Below the pieces are notes generated by a model. It worked only from the letters and a program-made list of their open reading frames with translations, was not told the origin of the DNA and did no database searches. The translations under genes and the position numbers were made by a program. From NCBI GenBank assembly GCA_902797155.1, contig CADBRW010000066.1, positions 1-43,890 on the forward strand: 43,890 nucleotides of DNA. Reading direction: 5' to 3'. This document shows, piece by piece, positions 22,001 to 30,807 of the stretch. The DNA is from an uncultured Lachnospiraceae bacterium. GTDB taxonomy: Bacteria > Bacillota > Clostridia > Lachnospirales > Lachnospiraceae. Each line of letters opens with the position of its first letter. Position 1 is the stretch's first letter.

Positions 22001-22178
22001 ACATCACAGACTCACCGATCGCTTCTATACCTATGCGATCGTAGATGATAAGTATTCCGTCGGATATTTCAGACATTACACCGTAGACGAGCTCATCGGG
22101 AAGGCGAAGGATATTCTGAAGGGAGCGGAGATGTCCGAAGAGGTAAAGTCCCAGTACGGAATCGAGGATACGCCGTAG
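19038..22178 (+). CDS. TIR domain - single TM - beta-propeller (WD40/PQQ-like) protein
   Basis: YNAFISYRH, IFLD, LIVICS...SRWVPREI (putative catalytic Glu93); hydrophobic helix at about 19605-19667; about 800 aa of beta-rich repeats (GNVSVWN, VSPDGTKIAY, VYVYDLATG). Confidence 0.85.
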   Translation: MIEHYNAFISYRHAEKDIKVAKAIQNDLEHFHIPGKIKKSTGMKSINRIFLDKDELGTASDLSTEIAFALEHADYLIVICSTATKESRWVPREIEYFLRNHTRKQITTVLVDGEPEDVIPDILKYEDRTYMNENGQPYTVRVPLEPLSCDYRLSHKKAKKEELPRLASALLGCSYDELMNRRRQYKVRRLTAIFAGVMAVAVAFAAYLLYSKGQIRDNYDKALRNQSKYLAYESMSADEDEQRILAIQLALAALPKDKEDSRPVTPQAIRALVDSTLSYSPRRNDTVVATWNYDMPNSISDFKIDSTGRTLAAMDANGNVSVWNAGDHSVILSLTSQTDSADNIAFLNDSILLVQSQRTLFAYRIPEGSQLWKYESEDMITYSNTFEPWTDGHVSVYNGEHKVMKLRVQDGSVAESCEFTTSNDLISDVHVSPDGTKIAYIKGNFEDSTAICVFNIKDKTTKEMKVDAQRVRNLYWADDKHLMAAYPTGEDSGSMAVLGISYLKTDYSKILCIDPDAMTAVWSKDFDCTDVLINSDFMALPKTESIAYYSGNHAVMYGISDGSVVADHHVNSPIVSISDYDGNGWPLYVCYNGSIAMPTTKVIAKVQPCMINKVSQAAVGNGVFVRSSNSSQIIHYQTNVYDNEWMEITKGKELSYFYNCMLLDDGVLAMVSEEEAEEFPKIAKGISGKFDMLTLINPMTGELRYQMPLTKENGERYSIGNFQLIGSAGDFFYLGRTDYDEGQYVLFSVNLGTGELTRKNLFQTTVPAENSVRVQNGKLIYTEEKDYRRTVYVYDLATGTSQSVLISEDKLVGGSYTTPFYFSGADKVYFTNSEGDWIIDMNEKKSLEVILSESWEKTKLVAYDAGNDRFAITDGISIRFVESDGRCEISFRCPGAVPIGMTYYTPKNKEEGTMLLVAFSNGVLNRYDAASGDFIGKTTLTCMNSDAQEAKFDFSSSDQKFYVEVSGITDVFDLESWTEETSVQNSIGHHRLTDRFYTYAIVDDKYSVGYFRHYTVDELIGKAKDILKGAEMSEEVKSQYGIEDTP

Positions 22179-22277
22179 GAATTGAAAAAATGTTTGTATA
22201 AAGCTATGTTTTATGATAAACTGACTCCGTCTGCAAAGAAATAGAAGGGTTGGGAAAAAGGAAAAACAGCTTTGGAT

Positions 22278-23297
22278 ATGAAGAAAAAGGCCCTCTGGGC
22301 GGTAGTCTCCCTGCTTCTTGCGGTGTTTACCATATGGTTTATGGTATACCGGAGCGGAATGTCGGTCAGCGACTTCCTGCACTCTCTGGCACACGCAAAT
22401 GTATGGTGGCTTCTGATGGGCGGCCTCTGTATGTTCAGTTTCATATTTTTTGAAGGAGTATCCCTGCTTCAGATCGTCCGTACCTGCGGATATCCGCAGA
22501 AGGTGAGAAGAGGCTTCCTCTATTCTGCGGGAGATACCTACTTTTCGGCAATCACACCCTCCGGAACCGGCGGTCAGCCTGCCATCATTTTCTTTATGAT
22601 GCAGGACAAGATCCCGGGAGCAGTCATTACGGCCACACTGGTGATCAACTTTATTGCCTTTAATGTGGGTCTGCTCTTCTCCGGAATCATGGGTTTCATT
22701 CTTGCGCCGGGAGTGTTCTTCCGATACAGTACGGTGTGCAGGGTCTTCATCATTGCGGGTTTCCTTGTTTTCCTGGTGCTCCTTATCCTGGGAATACTGA
22801 TGATCCGAAAGAGAGAGTTTATCTTCCGGATCGCCATGAAGGTGATCGCTTTCTTCCACAAGATCCATATCGTCAAGAAGCCGGAACGCCTTTACAAAAA
22901 GCTTGAAAAGGTTATGGAAGAATACAAGACCTGTGTGGGCGTGGTGGCAGGCCATAAGGGAATGTGGTTCAGGGCCTGTCTTATGAATATCCTGCAGAGG
23001 TTTGCGCAGATCGCGGTTACGGTCTTTGCCTTCCGTGCTCTGGGAGGAGCGGGGCCGGTTCGGGAGCTTTTTGCAACCCAGTGCTTTGCAACCATCGGAG
23101 CAACCTGTATCCCCATTCCGGGAGCCATCGGAATCTCCGATTACCTGATGATCGAAGGGTATCTGAATCTGATGCCGCAGGAATTTGCATATCAGGTACA
23201 GATGCTGAGCAGAGGAATCTCATTTTACTGTTGTATCATAGTGAGCGGGATCACGATGATGATCGGGCTCATGGCGATAGGGAGACGTAAGAAATGA
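22278..23297 (+). CDS. Lysylphosphatidylglycerol synthase TM / flippase-like (UPF0104) membrane protein
   Basis: FSAITPSGTGGQP, IPIPGAIGISD, RGISFY motifs. Confidence 0.85.
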   Translation: MKKKALWAVVSLLLAVFTIWFMVYRSGMSVSDFLHSLAHANVWWLLMGGLCMFSFIFFEGVSLLQIVRTCGYPQKVRRGFLYSAGDTYFSAITPSGTGGQPAIIFFMMQDKIPGAVITATLVINFIAFNVGLLFSGIMGFILAPGVFFRYSTVCRVFIIAGFLVFLVLLILGILMIRKREFIFRIAMKVIAFFHKIHIVKKPERLYKKLEKVMEEYKTCVGVVAGHKGMWFRACLMNILQRFAQIAVTVFAFRALGGAGPVRELFATQCFATIGATCIPIPGAIGISDYLMIEGYLNLMPQEFAYQVQMLSRGISFYCCIIVSGITMMIGLMAIGRRKK

Positions 23298-23995
23298 TAG
23301 GTGTATTTGATTATACGGTCATACTGACCTACTTATCTGCAATATCCGCGGTGCTGGGAATCGTGATTTCCCTTTACGGAACGGGACACCCCTATATCGG
23401 GGCTTTCTTCCTTCTGTTCTGCGGACTGTGCGATGCCTTTGACGGAAAGGTGGCACGCAAGAAGAAGAACCGTACGGATTTTGAGAAGAGCTTCGGTATT
23501 CAGATCGATTCGCTGGCGGATCTTATCTCCTTCGGAGTGCTTCCGGCAGCCATCGGTATCGGGCTGGTACGTGCCAGCTCCAAATATCTGGAAATGCCGG
23601 TGCTTCATCCGGAGGACCGCGACAGAGCGATCCTGTATCCGATCCTCTTTCTCGTGATCATTTCCTTCTATGTGCTGACGGCACTGATACGTCTGGCCTA
23701 TTTCAATGTTACGGAAGAAGAGCGTTCCCGTACGGAGGGCGGGGTACGGAAGACCTATATCGGTCTGCCTGTTACCTCTTCGGCACTGATCTTCCCTACC
23801 GTTCTGCTGATCCGTTTTGTGACACGTGTGGATTTCACTCCCATCTACTTCTCTGTAATGCTGGTGACCGCGTTCCTGTTTATCTCCAGGATCCGGATCG
23901 CAAAGGCAGGCATGCGGGGGATTCTGATCATGATCGGAATCGGTTGTATTGAGTTTGGGATCATGTTGTATTTCCTCTTGACCAGAGGTATGTGA
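23294..23995 (+). CDS. pssA: CDP-diacylglycerol--serine O-phosphatidyltransferase
   Basis: DAFDGKVAR...G..IDSLADLISFG CDP-alcohol transferase motif; RLAYFN; GLPVT; adjacent to psd. Confidence 0.85.
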   Translation: MIGVFDYTVILTYLSAISAVLGIVISLYGTGHPYIGAFFLLFCGLCDAFDGKVARKKKNRTDFEKSFGIQIDSLADLISFGVLPAAIGIGLVRASSKYLEMPVLHPEDRDRAILYPILFLVIISFYVLTALIRLAYFNVTEEERSRTEGGVRKTYIGLPVTSSALIFPTVLLIRFVTRVDFTPIYFSVMLVTAFLFISRIRIAKAGMRGILIMIGIGCIEFGIMLYFLLTRGM

Positions 23996-24002
23996 GGATA
24001 CT

Positions 24003-24818
24003 ATGGATTTATTACATTTTCTGTATGATACAGCGCCCGGAAGGGCGCTGCTCGTGCCCCTTAGCAGCAGGACGTTGTCGAAGCTCTGTGGGGCATTTTT
24101 GGACTGCAGGCTGTCAAAGCCATTGATCAAAGGGTTTATCCGTAAGGCGGACATCGATCCGGAGGAATATGTGATGGACGGGTTCACCTGCTTCAATGAC
24201 TGCTTCTCGCGTCACGTGAAGGAGGGGCTCCGGCCTGTGGAGCAGGATCCGGAGATCATGGTGGCACCCAGTGACGGACTTCTTTCCGTATGGAGAATCG
24301 AAGAGGATACCGTGCTGCCCCTGAAGCAGAGCAGCTATACGGTACGCAGTCTGCTGAGGGACAGCAAGCTGGCAAAGCGGTATCAGGGCGGACTGTGCCT
24401 GGTCTACCGGCTTTGCGTGAATCATTATCATCGCTATGGATATGTGGAAAGCGGAAGAAAATCTGCCAACCGGTTTATCCCGGGAGCACTGCATACAGTT
24501 CGCCCGGTTGCGCTGGAGGCACGCCCGGTTTTCATTGAAAACTGCAGGGAGTATACCTGTATTAAGACAAAACGGTTCGGCGTTCTGACACAGATGGAGA
24601 TCGGTGCCATGCTGGTGGGAAAGATCGCAAATCACGAGACCGGATGTGCTGAGGTGGAAAGAGGCGCGGAGAAGGGCACTTTCCTCTATGGCGGATCTAC
24701 CATCGTAGTTTTGGTTGAGCCCGGAAAGGTCCTGGTGGATCCGGAGATCCTGATGGCTTCCGAACACGGAGAAGAGACGCCGGTACGTTACGGACAGAGG
24801 GTTGGCAAAGCCCGGTAA
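24003..24818 (+). CDS. psd: Phosphatidylserine decarboxylase
   Basis: FNDCFSR, APSDG, RLCVNHYHR, EIGAMLVGKI, GGST autocleavage motif. Confidence 0.9.
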   Translation: MDLLHFLYDTAPGRALLVPLSSRTLSKLCGAFLDCRLSKPLIKGFIRKADIDPEEYVMDGFTCFNDCFSRHVKEGLRPVEQDPEIMVAPSDGLLSVWRIEEDTVLPLKQSSYTVRSLLRDSKLAKRYQGGLCLVYRLCVNHYHRYGYVESGRKSANRFIPGALHTVRPVALEARPVFIENCREYTCIKTKRFGVLTQMEIGAMLVGKIANHETGCAEVERGAEKGTFLYGGSTIVVLVEPGKVLVDPEILMASEHGEETPVRYGQRVGKAR

Positions 24819-26507
24819 ATGAAGATGGAGAAGAAGGAAGAACAACTGAATACGGAAGAAACTCTGCAGGAGCAGGAGGAAGAGAAGGACGGCGCAGAGA
24901 AGAGGGCTGTGGACGGCGCAGAGAAGAAGACTGAGGAGAAATCGGAAAAGAACACTCGTGCCGCAAGAAAGAAAGAGCGGAAGAAGGCTGTGGAGGGCCA
25001 GCCGGTGAAGATCTGGAAGATCGTTGTCATCCTGGTGCTTTTATTCCTCGTTACATTTTTCACGGCCGCTGTTCTGTGGGCTCTCTATACCTGGAGTCTG
25101 CTGACCATGGATGAGTTGCTCTGGCATCTGAAGGTTTCCATGAAGGGAACGAACATGGACATGGTCTGGGAATTCCTGCTGGTTACGCTGGGAAGCTCCG
25201 TTCTCATTACGGGAATCGTGGGATTCTTCCTGATAAGAAGCAGGAGGAAGAAGCGTCCCGGGAAGAAGACCTGGAGATTCAGTCTGGGGATCACGGTGGG
25301 AATCTTCGTGATCGGAGTCGTTGCCGCATGGAACGGCTTCAGCATCGGATCCTTCCTGAAGAATTATATGACGGTGTCCTCGTTTATCGAGGATGAGTAT
25401 GTGGATCCCGGTTCGGTAAAGGTCACATTTCCGGAGAAGAAGAGAAATGTGATCGTGATCTATCTGGAATCCATGGAGCTGACTTACATGGATGAAGCCC
25501 ATGGCGGTGCATTTCCGGAGAATATCATTCCGGATCTTACGGTGCTGGGCACGGAATACGAGGATTTCTCCGGTTATTCCGGAACCAGAAACGGCGGTAT
25601 CGCACTGCCGGGAGCGGTATGGACCATGGGCGCCATGTTTGCCACCTCCTCGGGACTGCCGCTGAAGACACCTCTCGGTCAGAACGGTATGTCTGCCAAC
25701 GATGACTTCCTTCCGGGAATCGTTACCTTCGGGGATATCCTGGAGAAGGAGGGGTATAAGAACCGGCTGCTCATCGGGTCGGATGCCACCTTCGGCGGAC
25801 GGAGACTGTATTACGAGAGTCACGGCAATTATGAGATCCATGATTATGAGTATGCCAAGGAGGTGGGCAGGATCCCGAAGGACTACAAGGTCTGGTGGGG
25901 ATATGAGGATCAGAAGCTCTTCGATTATGCGAAGGAGGAACTGCAGGAGCTGTCAAAGGGGGATCAGCCCTTTAACCTCTCCATCCTGACGGTGGATACC
26001 CATTTCGAGGACGGTCATTACTGCCCGCATTGTACCAGAAAATTCGGAAGCAACAAGTACGCGAATATCATGGACTGCTCGTCCACCATGGTCTATAATT
26101 TTGTCCGGTGGATCCAGAAGCAGGACTTCTATGAGAATACCACCATTATCATTACGGGAGACCATCCCACCATGGACCGGGATTTCTGCGATGATGTTCC
26201 GGAGACCTATCTGAGAAAGACCTTTACCGCCATCATTAATCCGGCGGCACAAACGGCGGACCGGTCCAGAAGAAGAGAATTCTCAACATTTGATCTCTTC
26301 CCCACGACACTGGCGGCCATGGGTGTGACCATCGAGGGTGAGAAGCTGGGACTTGGGACGAACCTGTTCTCGGATCAGGATACACTGATCGAGCAGTACG
26401 GTCTTGCGAAGGTGGAAGAAGACATCAGTGCACGTTCGAAGCTGATGGAACGAATGTATAAGGGGACTTACATCAGTCCCGGTGAAGGTAAGAAAGAGGA
26501 AGAATAA
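24819..26507 (+). CDS. LTA synthase / phosphoglycerol transferase (sulfatase-fold) membrane protein
   Basis: RNVIVIYLESME, WTMGA, TVDTH, GDH motifs; N-terminal TMs. Confidence 0.85.
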   Translation: MKMEKKEEQLNTEETLQEQEEEKDGAEKRAVDGAEKKTEEKSEKNTRAARKKERKKAVEGQPVKIWKIVVILVLLFLVTFFTAAVLWALYTWSLLTMDELLWHLKVSMKGTNMDMVWEFLLVTLGSSVLITGIVGFFLIRSRRKKRPGKKTWRFSLGITVGIFVIGVVAAWNGFSIGSFLKNYMTVSSFIEDEYVDPGSVKVTFPEKKRNVIVIYLESMELTYMDEAHGGAFPENIIPDLTVLGTEYEDFSGYSGTRNGGIALPGAVWTMGAMFATSSGLPLKTPLGQNGMSANDDFLPGIVTFGDILEKEGYKNRLLIGSDATFGGRRLYYESHGNYEIHDYEYAKEVGRIPKDYKVWWGYEDQKLFDYAKEELQELSKGDQPFNLSILTVDTHFEDGHYCPHCTRKFGSNKYANIMDCSSTMVYNFVRWIQKQDFYENTTIIITGDHPTMDRDFCDDVPETYLRKTFTAIINPAAQTADRSRRREFSTFDLFPTTLAAMGVTIEGEKLGLGTNLFSDQDTLIEQYGLAKVEEDISARSKLMERMYKGTYISPGEGKKEEE

Positions 26508-26519
26508 GGAGGAAGCAAA

Positions 26520-27245
26520 GTGGAGACGAAGAAGCTTGCAGCAGAACTTGGAGCAACGACCTATCCGGGCCGCGGCATCGTGATCGGCCGTACGCCGGAC
26601 GGGAAGAAGGCGGTATGTGCATATTTTATCATGGGACGGTCCGAGAACAGTCGGAACCGTGTCTTTGTAACCGAGGGTGAGGGCATCCGCACCGAGGCCT
26701 TTGATCCGGCCAAGCTGGAGGATCCGAGCCTTATCATCTATGCTCCGGTACGGGTACTGAAGGGAAATATCATTGTGACCAACGGTGATCAGACGGATAC
26801 CATTTTCGACGGACTGTCTGCAGGGAAGACCTTTGAGGAGTCTCTGAGAAGCCGTGAGTTTGAGCCGGATGGCCCCAATTATACACCGCGGATCTCCGGA
26901 TGGATGAAGTTCGGAGAGGATGCACCGAAGGGGTACTGCTACGATATGTCCATCCTGAAGTCCAACAACGGGGATCCTTCCCAGTGCAACCGTTATACCT
27001 TCAGCTATGACAATCCGAAGGCAGGAGAGGGACATTTTATCCACACCTATATGGGAGACGGAAATCCGCTGCCGAGCTATGAGGGTGAGCCCACACCGGT
27101 GGAGATTCCGGATGCGGACATCGATACCTTCACGGATCTGGTATGGAATGCCATCGATGCGGACAATAAGGTGTCGCTCTTTACCCGCTTTGTGGATATC
27201 GAGAGTGGTGCGGTAGAGACCCGGATCGTGAATAAGAATCAATAA
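26520..27245 (+). CDS. Stand-alone IMP cyclohydrolase (PurO-like)
   Basis: YPGRGI, YFIMGRSENSRNR, TNGDQTD, EPD.PNYTPRISG; directly upstream of the AICAR transformylase. Confidence 0.85.
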   Translation: METKKLAAELGATTYPGRGIVIGRTPDGKKAVCAYFIMGRSENSRNRVFVTEGEGIRTEAFDPAKLEDPSLIIYAPVRVLKGNIIVTNGDQTDTIFDGLSAGKTFEESLRSREFEPDGPNYTPRISGWMKFGEDAPKGYCYDMSILKSNNGDPSQCNRYTFSYDNPKAGEGHFIHTYMGDGNPLPSYEGEPTPVEIPDADIDTFTDLVWNAIDADNKVSLFTRFVDIESGAVETRIVNKNQ

Positions 27246-27286
27246 CGCATGTGAAAGTCGATACAATGGAAAGGTAGGAATCAAGG

Positions 27287-28465
27287 ATGAACGAATTCGA
27301 ATTGAAATATGGCTGTAACCCGAATCAGAAGCCGTCGAAGGTATATATGAAGGACGGAAGTGACCTGCCCATCACGGTAGTGAACGGCCGGCCGGGCTAT
27401 ATCAACCTGTTGGATGCACTGAACGGCTGGCAGCTGGTAAAGGAGCTGAAGAAGGCCACAAACCTTCCGGCAGCAACCAGCTTCAAGCATGTATCTCCGG
27501 CCGGTGCGGCTGTGGGACTTCCCCTTACCGACATTGAGAAGAAGATCTACTGGGTAGAGGATCTGGGAGAGCTGTCTCCGCTGGCATCCGCCTATGCACG
27601 GGCCCGTGGCGCAGACCGTATGTCCTCCTTCGGTGACTTCATCGCCCTTTCGGATGTGTGCGACAAGGATACGGCGCGCCTCATCAAGCGTGAGGTCAGC
27701 GATGGTGTGGTAGCACCCGGATATACGGACGAGGCTCTCGAGCTGCTCCGTCAGAAGAAGAACGGTAATTACTGTGTGATCCGGATCGACCCGGAGTATG
27801 TACCGGCACCCATTGAGACCAAGGATGTCTATGGCGTTACATTTGAACAGGGAAGAAATGAGCTGAAGATCGACGATGAGCTGTTCAGCAACATTGTTAC
27901 AGATACGAAGGAGCTTCCGGAGTCTGCTAAGATCGATCTTGCCATCGCCATGATCACTCTGAAGTATACCCAGTCCAATTCGGTATGCTATGTAAAGGGC
28001 GGTGCAGCCATCGGTATCGGTGCAGGACAGCAGTCCAGAATTCACTGTACCAGACTGGCAGGCGACAAGGCGGACAAGTGGTTCCTCCGTCAGTCACCCC
28101 AGGTTCTGAACCTGCCCTTCAAGGCAGATATCCGCAGAGCGGACCGTGACAATACCATCGATGTTTACATCAGCGATGATTATGAGGATGTGATCGGTGA
28201 CGGTGAGTGGCAGAAGTTCTTTACAGAGCAGCCGGCAGTGTTCACCAGAGAAGAGCGCAAGGCATGGCTTGCGAAGAATACGGATGTGGCGCTTGGCTCC
28301 GATGCATTCTTCCCCTTCGGGGACAATGTGGAGCGTGCGAACCGCAGCGGCGTGCGTTATATCGCCCAGCCCGGCGGATCCATCCGCGATGACAATGTGA
28401 TCGAGACCTGCAATAAATACGGCATCGTGATGTGCTTCACAGGCATCCGTCTGTTCCATCACTAA
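27287..28465 (+). CDS. purH: AICAR transformylase (PurH formyltransferase domain only)
   Basis: [45 protein letters not shown]; lacks the N-terminal IMPCH/MGS domain. Confidence 0.9.
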   Translation: MNEFELKYGCNPNQKPSKVYMKDGSDLPITVVNGRPGYINLLDALNGWQLVKELKKATNLPAATSFKHVSPAGAAVGLPLTDIEKKIYWVEDLGELSPLASAYARARGADRMSSFGDFIALSDVCDKDTARLIKREVSDGVVAPGYTDEALELLRQKKNGNYCVIRIDPEYVPAPIETKDVYGVTFEQGRNELKIDDELFSNIVTDTKELPESAKIDLAIAMITLKYTQSNSVCYVKGGAAIGIGAGQQSRIHCTRLAGDKADKWFLRQSPQVLNLPFKADIRRADRDNTIDVYISDDYEDVIGDGEWQKFFTEQPAVFTREERKAWLAKNTDVALGSDAFFPFGDNVERANRSGVRYIAQPGGSIRDDNVIETCNKYGIVMCFTGIRLFHH

Positions 28466-28481
28466 GCCACGTTGCTACTAC

Positions 28482-28547
28482 GGGGTCAGACCCCATTACA
28501 AAACTGTTACATGGATACGTAACAATTTTGTAATGGGGTCTGACCCC
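28482..28547. repeat. 66-bp palindromic element, family A copy 3
   Basis: Identical to copy 2 except 4 of the 6 loop bases (TGGATA vs TTTTAA); between convergent genes. Confidence 0.9.
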
Positions 28548-28551
28548 GTTT

Positions 28552-28932
28552 TTACACTTCGGGATGCAGGGCTTCGTGCTCGGCCTTGATGTGCAGGTAG
28601 GCGTAGGCGGCAGCCCAGTTCCGGCTGGTTTCCGTCATGACGGCCTTCAGAGGGAAGCTGCATTTCTCGTAGGATTTCAGAGCGTCGATGATGAGACCCA
28701 GCTTGGCATCGGGGATGCCGGCAAAGATCATGAGGGGCGTGTCGAATTCCGGTCCGTCATAGGGGAGGGGAAGCTCCTTCATGGGATGCAGACCGGCAAG
28801 GGATGCCAGGGTGCGGTTGTACTTGGGCTTTTCCACATAGATGATCTGGACCTTCATGGGGGTCAGAAGATTGCGGATGTCGTTCCGGATGCTCTTGTCC
28901 GGGAGGGCGAAGAGGAGGAGGGTTTCTTTCAT
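28552..28932 (-). CDS. DUF3783-like hypothetical protein
   Basis: KAVMTET..NW...L..EH C-terminal pattern; AAAGGA RBS. Confidence 0.7.
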   Translation of the reverse strand: MKETLLLFALPDKSIRNDIRNLLTPMKVQIIYVEKPKYNRTLASLAGLHPMKELPLPYDGPEFDTPLMIFAGIPDAKLGLIIDALKSYEKCSFPLKAVMTETSRNWAAAYAYLHIKAEHEALHPEV

Positions 28933-29004
28933 GGACAGTATTCCTTTCAAAAGTGCGGTGCTTATGGTTGCGATGATCGCGGCGAGCCCTGCTTCGCAGG
29001 TTCA

Positions 29005-29059
29005 CCCCATAGAAAAACTGCCGGACTCATGCAAGCATGATCCGGCAGTTTTTATGGGG
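29005..29059 (-). terminator. Intrinsic terminator after the Bax inhibitor gene
   Basis: CCCCAT..AAAAACTGCCGGA.TCATGC/GCATGATCCGGCAGTTTTT.ATGGGG hairpin with T tracts. Confidence 0.7.
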
Positions 29060-29085
29060 CGACTGCAAATAGTGCCCTGGTTTCG

Positions 29086-29943
29086 TCAGTTCTTCGCCTT
29101 GCCCATCAGTCTCAGCAGGTACAGGAACAGGTTGATGAAATCCAGGTAAAGTTCCATGGCTCCGTAGAGACCGATTACCATCGGATCGTAGCCGGCATTG
29201 GTTGCGGCCAGTTTCTTAATCTTCTGAACGTCATATGCTGTCAGTCCGACGAATACAAGAACACCGATGATGCTGATGATGTAGTCCATCTTCTCAGAGT
29301 GCATGAAGATGTTGACAATAGATGCAATGATGATTCCGAACAGTCCGACGATGCAGATCATTCCGAGGTTGGACAGGTCCTTCTTTGTTGTTGCGCCGAT
29401 CAGTGCCATAACACCGAAGATTCCGGCTGCGATGAAGAATACCTGTGTGATCGATCCGAGCTCATAAGCCAGGAAGATGATCGAAAGTGTCACACCGTTG
29501 AGGATCGAGTATGCACCGAAGAGAACAGCGGACAGAACCAGGTTGTTCTTCTTCATTGCGTAGGTCGCTCCGATCACGCATGCGATCTCAAGTACTGCAA
29601 ATACGATCAGTACGGCGGGATTTGTCCTTACGCTGTACCAGAAAGTGGTATTTGCAACTGCAAGTGCGGTGATACCGGTTACCAGAAGTGCCAGGAACAT
29701 GAAGAGGAATGACTTGGTAAGTACATCGTTCACATCTGTAGCAACTGCTGCGCCGTATCCCTGCTGGCCTGCTGCGTACTGCGGCTGATTTGCACCAAAT
29801 GCAGTTCTGCTGAGCTGCTGCTGATACATCTGCTGCTGATACGCCTGCTGCGGATCATTTCCCTGAGGATTCGACTGATACTGCGGATACTGCGGATACT
29901 GCGAATTCTGGGATCCGTTGTTGGGATCAAAGTAGTCTGCCAT
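29086..29943 (-). CDS. Bax inhibitor-1/YccA family membrane protein with Q/Y/P-rich N-tail
   Basis: GLTAYDVQKIK and GAMELYLDFINLFLYLL; 7 TMs. Confidence 0.92.
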   Translation of the reverse strand: MADYFDPNNGSQNSQYPQYPQYQSNPQGNDPQQAYQQQMYQQQLSRTAFGANQPQYAAGQQGYGAAVATDVNDVLTKSFLFMFLALLVTGITALAVANTTFWYSVRTNPAVLIVFAVLEIACVIGATYAMKKNNLVLSAVLFGAYSILNGVTLSIIFLAYELGSITQVFFIAAGIFGVMALIGATTKKDLSNLGMICIVGLFGIIIASIVNIFMHSEKMDYIISIIGVLVFVGLTAYDVQKIKKLAATNAGYDPMVIGLYGAMELYLDFINLFLYLLRLMGKAKN

Positions 29944-30123
29944 ATTATATCCATCCTTTCCTTTTTTAAGATGCATTTTATCACAGATAAGTTAACACAA
30001 AAAGTGGAAAAATACAATGCTTTTACAAAAAGTTCATTTCATTCGTTTACATTTTCAACGTTTTACAGTAAACTATCAAATGGGTAAGTGTGCCCAAAAC
30101 CTATCTGGAACGGAGGAATCCCT

Positions 30124-30789
30124 GTGCTTCGGGAAGGAACCTTGGAGAAGATCTCCGATGGGAGACTCTATGAATTAAATGACATGGTGCGTGCGGACTG
30201 CGCCGGATGCGCGGGCTGCAGTAAATGCTGCAGGAGTGATATGGGTACCTCCATCACCCTGGACCCCTACGACGTATGGATGCTTTGTAAGGGCACCGGG
30301 CGGAGCTTCTCCGATATGGTGGAGAAAGAGATTCGTATCAGTATGCTGGACGGACTGACCCTGCCCCATATGAATATGGAGAATGGCTGTGGCTTTCTGA
30401 ATGAAGAGGGCCGTTGCAGCATCCATCCCTACCGCCCTTCCATCTGTAGGCTGTTCCCTCTGGGACGCTATTATGAAAATGGGGATTTTAAGTATTTTCT
30501 GCAGGTGAATGAGTGCACGAAACAGAATCGGAGCAAGGTTAAAGTTCAAAAATGGATCGATATAGAGCCCATAGAGGAGCATACGGCCTTTGTCCGAAAA
30601 TGGCATAATTTCCTGGGCCTTGCCAGGCGCAAGGTGCAGGAGGCAAAGGATCCGCAGCAGATCCGAAATTTCATGCTCTTTCTGCTGGAGCTGTTCTATG
30701 TGGCGGAGTATGAGCCGGAGGATTTCTTTACGCAGTTTCACCGGAGGATGAAGACTGCAGTGCGGGAAATGAAGCATATTCTTAGGTAG
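30124..30789 (+). CDS. YkgJ family (CxxCxxCC) cysteine cluster protein
   Basis: CAGCSKCC, CGFL...CSIHPYRPSICRLFP; GGAGG RBS with GTG start. Confidence 0.85.
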   Translation: MLREGTLEKISDGRLYELNDMVRADCAGCAGCSKCCRSDMGTSITLDPYDVWMLCKGTGRSFSDMVEKEIRISMLDGLTLPHMNMENGCGFLNEEGRCSIHPYRPSICRLFPLGRYYENGDFKYFLQVNECTKQNRSKVKVQKWIDIEPIEEHTAFVRKWHNFLGLARRKVQEAKDPQQIRNFMLFLLELFYVAEYEPEDFFTQFHRRMKTAVREMKHILR

Positions 30790-30807
30790 AAGAAAGGGGG
30801 ATACCAA

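Noticed and set aside
19038-22178. Canonical Thoeris, CBASS or Avs system
   Set aside because: No ThsA (SIR2/Macro), CD-NTase or STAND NTPase is encoded nearby.
24887-24927. 17-bp direct repeat GGACGGCGCAGAGAAGA (24-bp period)
   Set aside because: An in-frame duplication in a charged, low-complexity N-terminal tail; no sign of a mobile or regulatory role.
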